A stretch of 64,000 nucleotides of DNA from Amoebophrya sp. A120 (taxonomy: Eukaryota; Protista; Dinoflagellata). Within the stretch, counting starts at the first letter, position 1. Each line of letters opens with the position of its first letter. Made by a program: the position numbers and the translations under genes. Positions 24,001-36,000 of the stretch are shown one piece after another. Location: the NCBI GenBank assembly GCA_905178155.1, contig CAJINV010000013.1, positions 1,802,281 through 1,866,280 of the forward strand, in the 5' to 3' direction. The notes under the pieces are model-generated. The model had not been told where the DNA came from. It was given only the letters and a program-made list of their open reading frames with translations, and did no database searches.

Positions 24001-27000
24001 TGTCTCTCCGGGGTGACGCGAAGCTCGGCAAGGTTTTGTCCGTGTGCAACTTCACGAACCTGGGCTCCTCGCTCTCCGTACGCACGTTTATTCGCCTTGG
24101 CAGCGGTCTTTCCGTGACGGCGAAAACCACGATGGGAAGTTGCTTGTCGGTTCTGGACTTCTTGACGCTCGGAAGCTCGCTCTCCGTGCGCTCGTACGTC
24201 CGGTTCGGCTCTGCGCTCTCCATGCTGGAGTTCTGCGCGGCCGGCAGCTCGCTCAGTCTCCGCCAGTACGCGCGGTTGAGCAGCACGGTGTCCGTGTTGA
24301 AGCGCGCCACGATGGGAATGGACATGTCTGTGCTCTCGCAGGTCCATCTCGGTTCCGTCTTCTCCCTGCGCGACTTCTGCCGCCTGGGCAAGACGGTGTC
24401 CGCGTTCGACTTCGTGCAGCTCGGCAGCGGCTTGTCCCTGCGCTCCTACGCGCGGTTCGGAAGTACTCTGTCCGTCGCGGACCGGACCAAGCTCGGCGCG
24501 AAGTTCTCGGTTCTGGACATGCTGGTGCTGGGCAGCAGCGTTTCTGTTCGGTCCACTGTCCGGTTCGGATCCAGCATTTCCGTGCTGGACGCGATCACGC
24601 TCGGGTCCTCGTGCAGCGTCCGGTCCAACATTTACTGCGGATCGCGGTGCAGTGTGCTCATGTTCGCCGAAGCGGGCTCCAGCCTGTCCGTGCGCCAGTT
24701 CGTGCGTGTCGGGTCCGGTTTGTCCATCTTCAAGGGCGCGAGCGTCGGCCAGGATGTGAGCATCCTCGAGCAGATCACGCTCGGATCGTCTTTGTCGCTG
24801 CGCGCGCACATGAGGTTCGGGTCCAACGCGTCGATCCTCGGTTTCACGGCGTTGGGTTCGTCGCTTTCCATGCGTGCAATGACCCGACTGGGTAGCGGCA
24901 CGTCCGTGTTCGGCAAGCTGTTCGCGCGGTCGGAACTCTCCGTTCTGGACTGCCTGAACCTCGGGTCCTCCATGTCGCTGCGCGCGACCGCGAAATTGGG
25001 GAAAGCCTTCTCCGCGCTGGATTTCGCGAACCTCGGTTCGTCGATCAGTCTGCGTGCGAAGGTTGCATGCGGTAGCGTGATTTCCGTTGTCGGTCACTTC
25101 CGAATCGGCGCGGCTCTGTCCGTGATGAACGAAATCAATCTCGGCAGCGCTTTGTCCGTCCGCAAGACGGTGCAGCTCGGCTCGAGGCTTTCCATTGTCG
25201 ACTGCTTGAATCTCGGCAGCAGCTTGTCCTGCCGGGTTGCGACCCGGTTCGGCTCGACGGTGTCTGTGATCGGTTTGACGCGTGTTGGCAGTCTTCAAGC
25301 GCTGTCCGTGATCGGCCACGTCAACCTCGGGTCCAGCATGTCCCTCCGTTCATTCGGGAAGTTGGGCAAGACCCTGTCCGTCCTGGACGTGGTCCGCCTC
25401 GGAAGCTCCATCTCGATCCGCAACGTCGCGCGGTGCGGCGAGACCGTTTCCGTCCTGGACTTCATGACCATGGGCTCCGCGCTGTCCCTCCGCGCACACC
25501 TCCGCCTGGGCTCCACCGCTTCCATTTGCGGCGTCACGAACATCGGCTCGTCCTTCAGCGTGCTGGACGCCGTGACGCTCGGGTCCTCGCTGTCGTTGCG
25601 CAACTTTGGGAAGTTAGGGAAGTGCATGTCGGTGCTCGACTACCTGGCGACGGGCTCTTCGCTGTCCCTCCGCGGGTACGCGAGAATCGGGTCAGCGATG
25701 TCCATCCACGGGCTGTTAAATCTCGGTAGCTGCAAGCGGTTGTCGGTTATCGATTTCCTGCACGTGGGATCTTCCTTCTCGCTGCGGAACTTCGCCCGGC
25801 TCGGGGAGAATTTGTCGGTTCTGGACTTCGCGCAGTGCGGCAGTGCCCTCTCCGTCCGTGCCTTCGTCCGCCTCGGTAGCGGGTTGAGTGTGTCGGAGGC
25901 ACTGAAGGTCTCGAAGTCGCTTTCCGTTGCGGAACTGTTCGAGATCGGAAGCTCGATCTCCGTTCGACGGTTCGTCCGCATGGGCGAATCATTGTCCGTG
26001 CTGGATCAGCTCGCTCTCGGCAGCTCGCTGTCCGTGCGGTCGACCGTGGCTTGCGGCTCGTCGTTCTCGACTCTGAAGTTCTCCAGCTTCGGATCCGCGG
26101 TCAGTCTCCGCAACGTGCTGCGGCTCGGCTCCGCGGTCTCGGTGTTCGGCAGCAGTTTGTGTGGCAGCGCCTTGTCCGTGCTCGACTCGGTCATGCTCGG
26201 CTCGGCTTTGTCCCTGCGCAACATGGCGCGGTTGTCCGGTCAGGTTTCCATCCTGGACTCCGTCTTCCTGGGCAGCAGCCTCTCCCTCCGCAACACCATG
26301 CGCATGGGCGAGACCGCGTCCGTCCTCGAGATGGTCGCTTTGGGCAGCAGCCTGTCCGTCCGCTCGTTCACGACGTTCGGCTCGATGGCGAGCGTCCTCG
26401 ACTCGGTCATGTTGGGGTCGTCGCTGTCCCTTCGCACCCACGCCCGGCTCGGATCCAACTTGTCCGTCCTGGACTTCGGCAGCTGCGGATCCGCCCTGTC
26501 CCTGCGCGCCATCCTGCGTCTGGGCTCGGCGGTCAGCTGCGTCGGCAAGGCCCGCATGGGTGCTTCGCTGTCCGTGCTCGACTACACGCACTGCGGATCG
26601 TCGATGAGTGTCAGAAACTACGTGCGAATGGGCTCCGGGTTGTCCACGCTTGACTTCCTGGTCCTCGGCTCCAGCGTGTCCGTCCGGACCTTCGCTCGCG
26701 TCGGATCGGGCGTTTCGGCCCTGGGCGCTGCGAAGATCGGTTTGGCGTTGTCCGTGATCAACCAGGCGCAACTCGGATCTTCTCTGTCCATCCGCAGCAG
26801 TGTCAGGTTCGGACAGGGATTGTCTCTCCTGAACTTCTTGCAGCTGGGGTCCACGATCTCCGCTCGCGCGGTGACCCGGTTCGGGTCCGCCATGTCGGTC
26901 TCCGGCAATGCCAGAATGGGATCCGAGATGTCCGTGTTGGCGCAGGTCCAGCTAGGTTCCAGTCTCAGTCTCCGTTCAGTTGTGAAGTTCGGTGCTCGGT

Positions 27001-30000
27001 TCAGCGTGCTGGACTTCACGAACTTGGGATCGTCACTATCTGTCCGCAACTACGTGCGGATTGGCAGTTCCATGTCCGTGTTCGAGAAGGTGAACGTGGG
27101 TGGCGCAATGTCGGTCCTGGACTACATGGCGCTGGGATCGAATTTGTCCATTCGCGAAGCCACCAGATTCGGCAAGTCCGTCACCGTACTCGACATGATG
27201 AACCTGGGTTCCGCGCTCTCGCTGCGGTCCTACATGCGGGCTGGCTCCACCTTCTCCGCGTTCGGATCGGTGGATGTGGGCAGCAGTCTTTCCATCCTCG
27301 ACATGGCCAACTTCGGGTCCGGCCTGTCCGTTCGCGGAATGGTTCGATTGGCGAAAACGTTGTCCGTGCTCGACAGCATCAGCCTCGGCTCCTCGCTGTC
27401 CATCCGTGCGGTGGTCCGCGCCGGTTCCAGCATGTCGCTGCTGAACTTCACGAACCTCGGCAGCAGCATGAGCTTGCGTGCGGTTGCGCGGTTCGGAAGC
27501 GGATTGTCGGTGACGAGCAAGCGCGCCGATTGCTCCGCGGCACTGTCGGTGTTGGATCAGGTGTCTCTGGCCTCCAGTCTCAGTCTCCGCTCAGCAGCGT
27601 TCCTGGGCAGCAACGTATCCGTTTTGGACATGGTGCAGTTCGGCTCCGTGCTGTCCGTCCGGTCCGCCGGTCGGTTCGGGAAGGCGATGTCCGTTCTCGA
27701 CTCGACCATGCTCGGCTCGGTCCTCTCCCTCCGCGCGATGGCTCGTCTCGGGAGCAGCGTCTCCATCGCGGGCGCGAAGGCGATGCTGAAGGCGAGAACT
27801 TCGATTCTCGACCAGGTGACGCTCGGATCGTCGCTTTCGCTCCGGTCCTTCACGGACTTCGGGGACAGCATCTCGGTCTTCGACTACATCAACATGGGAT
27901 CCAGCTTGTCCGTCCGCCAGTACGTGCGTGTGGGCTCCAGTCTGTCCTGCATGGGGAAAGTCAGAATCGCAGCGGATCTGTCGATCCTGGAGTCTCTGTC
28001 CCTCGCCTCCTCCGTGTCCGTCCGCGGACTCGGGCGGATGGGCAGCAACTGCAGCCTGCTGGACTGCCTGAACCTCGGTTCTAGCTTGTCGCTCCGCTCG
28101 TTCGCCAACCAGGGATCGTCGGTCTCCATCAGAGCCTTCGCTCGCTTGGGCTCGGGTTTGTCGACGTTCATGACGGTGCGGTTCGGCTCCAACGTCTCCG
28201 TGCTGAACTTTCTGTCGCTCGGATCCGCGCTGTCCATGCGGTCAACCACCCGACTCGGCAGCAACTTCTCCGTCTTGGAGTTCGTGCAGCTCGGCTCCTC
28301 GCTCTCCGTCCGCGCCGTCACGCGGTTCGGTTCCGCGATGAGCATCGTTGAGAAGGTCCGGTTCGCCAGCGACTTCAGCGTGCTGGATCGGGTCACGCTC
28401 GCCAGCTCGCTTTCGATCCGCCGCCGGGCCGACCTCGGGTTGTGCGCCAGTGTGATGGACTTCCTGACGCTGGGCTCGCAGATGTCGTTGCGCGCCGTCG
28501 CCCGGATCGGCTCCACTCTGTCCGTCTTCTCCACGGTGAAGTTTGGATCCAGCGTGTCCATCTTGGATCAGTGCAGCTTCGGATCCAGCGTGTCTTTGCG
28601 CGGCTTTGCGCGGTTCGGAAAGACGATGTCTGTCCTCGACGCGGTTGCGCTGGGCAGTTCCTTGTCGGTTCGTAACTACGTCCGCGTCGGATCGACTTGC
28701 TCCATCTTCGGCCAGCAGGTCCGGTTCGGCAAGGGCTTGTCCGTGATGGATTGCGTGAACCTCGGTTCCTCGCTCTCTGTCCGCGCGTTCGCGAACTTGG
28801 GAAGCTCGCTGTCGGTCAGAAGTTACGCTCGCCTGGGGTCCGGCTTGTCGGTCTTCAAGCAGGTCAGCCTCGGTTCCTGCCTGTCCGTCCTGGACACCTT
28901 CAACCTGGGGTCCGCACTGTCCGTGCGCGGGTTCACCAAACTCGGCAGCAAGTGCTCGATCGTGGACTTTGCGATGCTCGGCTCCGCCTTGTCCGTGCGC
29001 CAGTTCGTCCGGGTTGGCAGCGGCATGAGTGTGGCGCAGAAGTCGCAGATTAGCGGGCATCTGTCCGTGATGGACTACCTGCACCTGGGAAGCTCCATCT
29101 CCGTCCGCTGCATGGCGATCGCCGGTTCTCGCATGTCCATCATGGACTACTGCGCGCTCGGCTCCAGCCTGTCGCTCCGCGACTACGTGCGGGTGGGCTC
29201 GTCGCTCTCCGTCTTCGCGGCCGCCCGGTTCGGCGTCACCTGCTCGGTGCTGAACTTCTCGCAGTTCGGTTCCGCACTGTCGCTCCGCGCGTACCTACGG
29301 GTCGGCAGCGGATTATCCGTTTTCTCGGACGCGAAGGTCGCGGGCGCGTTCTCGCTGCTGGACTGCCTGAACTTGGGCAGCTCGCTGTCCGTGCGCGCAA
29401 CCGCCAGCTTCGGCGCAAATGCGAGTGTGTTCGACTGCATGAACCTCGGTTCCACCCTGTCGATGCGCGCCACCGCGCGGTTCGGCTCCAGCGTTTCGAT
29501 TCGCGCGTTCGCGCGGTTCGGATCCGCGATGAGCATCTACGGTGAGCACACCCGCCTGGGCGGCACGTTCTCGATCCTGGCCTTCGCGAACATGGGCTCC
29601 AGCTTGTCCGTCCGCATGGCCAGCAAGGTCGGCAGCAACATGAGCATCCTGTCCTTTGTGCAACTCGGCTCCGCGCTGTCCATGCGCGCCGCGGCGAGAC
29701 TCGGCTCCGGCCTGTCCGTCTGCTCCGTTACGAAGATCGGTGCTGCGATGAGCGTGATCGACCAGGTGAGTCTCGGTTCGGCACTCTCCGTACGCGCCTT
29801 CACGCGGTTCGCGTCGAACTGCAGCATGCTGAACATGGTGGCGCTCGGGTCCGCGCTCTCGGTCCGCAACTACCAGCGAATCGGTTCGGGCGTCTCGATG
29901 CACGGCACGACCAGAATCGGCCAGGAGTTCTCGTTGTTGGAGCAGGCAGAGTTCGCCTCTTCTATGAGTCTCCGTGCCTTCGCCCGACTGGGATCCACGG

Positions 30001-33000
30001 TGTCCGTGTTGTCCTTCGTCAACCTCGGGTCCGCGCTCTCGCTGCGCAACTGCGCGAGGCTAGGTTCCGGCGTCAGCATCTCGGGTGACGCGCGGGTCGC
30101 GAACAGCCTGTCCGTGTTGGATCAGTTCCACATTGGCAGCACGTTATCCCTCCGTAACCTCGCTCGCTGCGGCTCGAAGCTGTCGATTTTGAACTTCGGG
30201 CAGTGCGGCTCGGCACTCTCCGTCCGCGCGTTCGTGCGGATCGGGAGCAGCTTGTCCCTGACCTCGAGGGTGCAGATGGGCTCGTGCCTGTCCGTGCTCG
30301 ACACCCTGAACACCGGCTCCGCCGTGTCCGTCCGTGCGTTCGCGCGCCTCGGCTCCGGCCTGTCGATCTTCACCGGTGTCCGGCTTGGCGGCAGTCAGTC
30401 CGTGCTGGAGTCCGTGCACTTGGGTTCGTCGTTGTCCCTGCGTTCGTTCTGCCAGCTGGGCAGCAACCTCTCCCTGCTGGACTACGCCGCGTTCGGAAGT
30501 TCCATCTCCCTCCGCAACTACAGTCGGTTCGGGGAGACCTGCAGCATCCTTGACAGCGTCACGCTCGGGTCCGCCTTGTCGCTGCGATCGACCGCGAGAC
30601 TCGCTGGCAGTTTCAGTGTGGTGAACATGTCGCAACTTGGATCCTCCCTCTCCATCCGCAGCTTCGTGCAGGCCGGGTCCAGTTGCTCGGTGATCAACTT
30701 CCTGCACCTGGGCTCCGCGATGTCCATCCGGACGGCGGTCCGCCTCGGCTCCGCGGTGTCGGTGTTTGGCAAGGGCACGGTCGGCATGCACATGTCGATC
30801 CTGCAGCAGGTGAACCTCGGTTCTTCGCTCTCGGTGCGCTTGTTCGCCAGAATGGGCTGCAACATGAGCATCCTGGACTACGCGCAGATCGGTTCCTCGC
30901 TGTCCGTCCGCAACTTTATGCGCATCGGGTCCACGCTCAGTGTTACCGGTTCCTGCGACATCAGCAAGCAGCTTTCCGTCCTGGAGCAGGTGCAGTTGGG
31001 CAGCAGTCTGTCGCTCCGCTCCTCCGCGCGGTTCGGCTCTTCGATCAGCATCCTGTCCATGACCGACATCGGCTCTGCGCTCTCCGTGCGCGCCTACTGC
31101 CGCGTCGGATCCGGCTTGTCCGTGTTCACGGCGGTGAAGGCGGGGAAGACACTGTCCGTGTTGTCCGAAATGAACATCGGCTCCAGTCTGTCCATCCGCT
31201 GCGTCGCGCGGTTCGGGTCCGCGTTGTCCGCATTGGATGCGGTGGCGCTCGGCAGCTCGCTGTCGCTGCGCCAGTACGCGAGAGTGGGAAGCAGTTTGTC
31301 CGTGTTCACGTCCGCGCGGTTCGGCAGTTGCTGCTCCGTGGTGGACATGCTGAACTTGGGTTCCGCAATTTCCATGCGTGCGGTCGCCAGAATCGGCTCC
31401 AGCTTCTCCGTGTTCACCACTGCAAGGTGTGGTGAGAACGTGTCGATTTTGAACACCTGCCAGTTCGGGTCCAGCATCTCCGTCCGCCAGTTCACCCGAC
31501 TGGGCGACGGCATTTCGATCATCGACATGACGCATTTGGGCTCTTCCATCTCGCTGCGCAGCACTGGAACGCTCGGAAAGCAGCTCTCTGTCCTGCAATT
31601 CGTCCACTTGGGCAGCACGTTGTCCCTCCGCAACGACTTCCGAATCGGCGCCTCCGCGTCCGTGCTCGACTTCGTCGCGATCGGGTCCGCTTGCAGCCTG
31701 CGGAACGTGCTGCGCGCGGGATCGACCTGCAGTGTGTTGGACTTCATGAACATGGGATCTGCTTTGTCTATCCGCAACTACGTGCGCGCGGGCAGCAGAC
31801 TCTCCGTCTTCAGCAACATGCAGCTCGGCGACACCATGAGCGTCTTGTCCGAGTGCGAAGTTGGTAGCTCTTTATCCCTGCGCGTGCTCGCCCGCTTGGG
31901 GAAGACTTTGTCCGCCTTTGACTACGTCAGTTTGGGTTCGGCGATCTCCGTCCGAGCGTTCACGCGTTTGGGTTCCACGTGCTCCATCGCGGGCACGGGG
32001 AAGTTCGGCATGGCCATGTCCGTGCTGGGTGCGGTCACGATCGGAAGCTCCGTCTCCCTGCGGAACACGTTGAAGCTCGGGAAGTCGCTGTCCTCTATGG
32101 ACATGGTGCACTTCGGGTCTTCCGTCTCCGTCCGCTGCGTGGGACGCTTCGGCAAGCAGATCTCCGCGTTTGACATGCTGTCCATGGGAAGTTCCGTCTC
32201 GCTCCGCAACTACAGCAGACTGGGCGCGAACCTCAGTGTTCTGAACTATGCCACGTTCGGCTCCTCCATGTCGCTGCGCTTCATGGCCCGCGCCGGAAAG
32301 AGCCTGTCGGTCCTGGACGGCACCAGCTTGGGTAGCTCGCTTTCCGTCCGGGCGTACAGCAGGATGGGCTCGAACGCCTCCGTGTGTGACTTCGTCACCA
32401 TCGGCTCCTCCATCTCCGTGCGGCAGTTCGGCAGACTCGGGTCCAACACGTCCGCCTTCGACTTCCTGCAGATGGGCTCCGCTTTGTCGTTGCGTGCCAC
32501 GGCGCGACTCGGCTCGGGTCTGTCCATCATGGGCAAGGCGACCAGACTGTCCACCATGCTGTCGGTGCAAAATTGCATGACGTACGGGTCCTCCATGTCG
32601 ATGCGCAGCTTCGTGCGGTTCGGCTCCGCCGTGTCCATCATGGACTACGTGAACATCGGGTCCAACATGTCTCTGCGCGCGTTCGCCCGGTTCGGATCCG
32701 TAGCGAGCATCTTCGCCGACACCAAGTTCGGCGCCATGCTCTCGGTGATGCAGGCGGTGCACCTCGGCTCGCAGCTGTCGCTGCGGAAGATGGCTAGACT
32801 GCACGACTCGTGCAGTATCCTGGATGCCGCGAACCTCGGATCCTCGCTGTCGGTACGATCGGTCGCGAAGCTGGCCGGCGGGCTCTCCGCCTTGGACTTT
32901 GTCCAGTTCGGAAGCTCCTTGTCTGTCCGCGGCGTGGCCAGCTGCGGCTCGAACATGTCCATCCTGGAGTTCTCGCAGCTCGGCTCGAGCTTGAGCCTGC

Positions 33001-36000
33001 GGTCGGTGATGCGCGCGGGCAGCAACCTGTCGGTGCTGGACATGGTCAACTTCGGTTCCTCCATCTCGCTCCGCCGGTTTGCGAACTTGGGTGATCAATT
33101 GTCCGTGCTCGATTCCTGCAGCGTCGGGTCCACCATCTCGCTCCGCATGAACGCGCGGTTCGGCCAGGGACTGTCGATGCTCACGTTCGCGCACCTCGGG
33201 TCCTCCTGCAGCATCCGTGGCTACGTGCGAATCGGCTCGAGCTTCTCCGTCACCGGGCGCACGGTGCAGATGACCGGGCAACTGTCCGTCCTGAACGCCG
33301 CGGTTTTGGGCAGCAGCTTGTCGCTCCGCTCGCACGTCCGCATGGGATCGGCCACGAGTCTGATGGACTATCTGAACCTCGGTTCCGCCATGTCCGTCCG
33401 GACCTACGCCCGCGTCGGCAGTGGCCTCTCCGTGTTCAGCCGCACGCTGTTCGGCTCGGCGGTGTCCGTGTTGGGCTTCCACCTGATCGGATCCTCGCTT
33501 TCCGTGCGCTCCTTCGCGAAGTGCGGCTCCAACTTCAGCGTGATGGACTACGTCGAGATCGGCTCTTCGCTGTCCGTCCGCGCGGTGTGCCGCCTCGGAT
33601 CGACTCTGTCCGTGATGCGCCGCGTGCGCGGCGGGGCCAACTTGTCCGTGCTCGGGCAGGTGCACTTGGGCAGTTCGCTGTCCCTGCGCACCACCGCTCG
33701 CATGGGCAGCGCGATGTCGGTGCTGAACTTCGTGCAGCTCAGCAGTTCGATCAGCATCCGGTCGTTCTGCCGATTAGGTTCTGGCGTGTCGATGCACTCC
33801 AGCAAGATGAGGGTTGGCGGCGACCTGAGCGTGATCAGCTACACCAGCTTGAGCAGCTCCTTGTCCCTCCGCTCGTTTGTCCGCGCGGGTGACACCTGCT
33901 CCGTGATCGACTTCGTGCACATCGGATCCGTGGTGTCCACCCGGAACTACGTGCGGGTCGGCTCCGCGGTCTCACTGTTCAGCACCTGCAGGATCGGCCA
34001 GATGGTCTCCGTGATCGACCGGGCCAACTTCGGCTCCTCGATGTCGCTCCGCTCGTTCGCGCGGTGCGGATCGATGATGAGCGTGCTGGATGCCGTGACC
34101 CTGGGCTCCAGCCTGTCCCTCCGGCAGTACATGCGGGTGGGATCTGGCGTCAGCGTCTTCGGCCGCACCAAGATGAGCGACCAGATGTCGGTGTTGAACC
34201 AGGTGTCGCTCGGTTCCTCGCTGTCCCTGCGCGACCGCGCGGCGTTCGGCTCGAACATGAGCGTGTTGAACTTCGTGCAGCTCGGCTCCAGCCTGTCGGT
34301 CCGGAACTTCATCCGCCTCGGGTCGACCATCAGCACTTCTGGCCGTGTGCACGTTGGCAGTTCCGCTTCCATCTTCAGCTACGGCCGGATCGGAACCACC
34401 TGCAGCGTGCTCGATGCCGTCTACATGGGCTCCAGCCTGTCCATCCGGTCGATCGGTAAGTTCGGCTCCTGCTTGAGCGTGCTCGACGCGGTGTTGCTCG
34501 GGTCGACGCTCTCGGTTCGCTCCTTCACGCGGTTCGGCAGCTCGCTCTCCGTGAAGCACTTGACGATCCTGAACAGCGTTTTGAAGGTGTCTGTCATTGA
34601 TTTGATGAACCTCGGGTCGAGTTTATCCCTCCGCTCCATGGCGCGATGCGGCTCCAACTGCAGCGTCTTGGGGTACGTGGAGATGGGATCTGCTTTGTCT
34701 CTCCGCTCCTTCTGCCGACTGGGTTCCGTGCTGTCGGTGTGCAACCGATCCACCGCGAGCGGTCAGCTTAGCGTGTTGCAGAATGTCGCGCTGGGTTCCA
34801 CCTTGTCCCTGCGCGCGCGGGCCGAACTGGGCAACCGGTTCAGCACGCTGGACATGTTCTGCCTGGCCTCCTCCATTTCTATCCGGGCTTACATGCGGGT
34901 CGGATCCGGAGTGTCCGTGTTCTCATCGACGAAGCTCCAGGCGGCGCTGTCCGTGCTGGACTCGGTCTACCTGGGCAGCTCGCTGTCCGTCCGTGGCAAC
35001 GCGCGGTTCGGCAGTTGTATGAGCGTCTTGGACATGACGGCGTTCTCCTCGGCGTTATCTGTCCGTTCCTTCGTCAAGTTCGGCAGCGACATGAGCGTCC
35101 TCGACTACGTCGGTATCGGCTCCTCCCTGTCCCTGCGCACGTTCGCGAGACTCGGCAGCAGCGTGTCCATCCAGCACGACGCAAGGGTTAGCATGAGTCT
35201 CTCCGTGCTGCAGCAGGTTGCGCTCGGCAGCTCGTTATCCATCCGGAACCAGGTCCGCCTCGGCGAGTCGTGCTCGATCTTGGAGTTCACGACGTTCGGC
35301 TCCAGCTTGTCGCTGCGGTCCTTCGCCCGACTCGGGTCCAACGTGTCCGTTTTGGACATGCTGAACATGGGTTCTTCGATGTCGTTGCGCGGCCTAATCC
35401 GCCTCGGCAGCTCGATTTCCGTCGGCGGTTCCCGCGCCAGGTTCGGTTCCGAGTTGAGCGTCTTGTCCCGCGTCACTCTCGGCTCCTCCCTGTCCATCCG
35501 CGCCGTCGCTCGCGCCGGCGCGCGGTGCAGTGTGCTCGACTTCGCCCTGTTTGGCAGCAGTCTGTCGGTCCGGAACTTCGTCCGCGTCGGGTCGACGATG
35601 ACCGTGATGGGCTTGACCGCGATGGGATCCATGTACAACTTGTCCGTGATCCAACAGGCGGAGTTGGGCAGCAGTCTCTCCGTGCGGTCGCGAACGCAGC
35701 TCGCGGGCAGCTTCAGTCTCCTGGAGTTCGCGGTGCTGGGTTCCAGTCTCTCCGTCCGCAGCACAGTCAGGTTCGGCTCTGCCATTACCGTCATGGATTT
35801 CATGGCGCTCGGTAGCTCCTTCTCGCTCCGCTCGGACTTGAAGGTGGGGCGCGGCGTTTCCGTGTTGGACTTCGTGCAGATGGGCAGCTCGATGTCGGTG
35901 CGATCTATTGCCAGACTGGGCTCCAGCCTGTCCATCCTCGCGTTCGCGCAGTGCGGCAGCTCGATCTCGCTCCGCAGCTACAGCCGTCTCGGCTCCGGCT

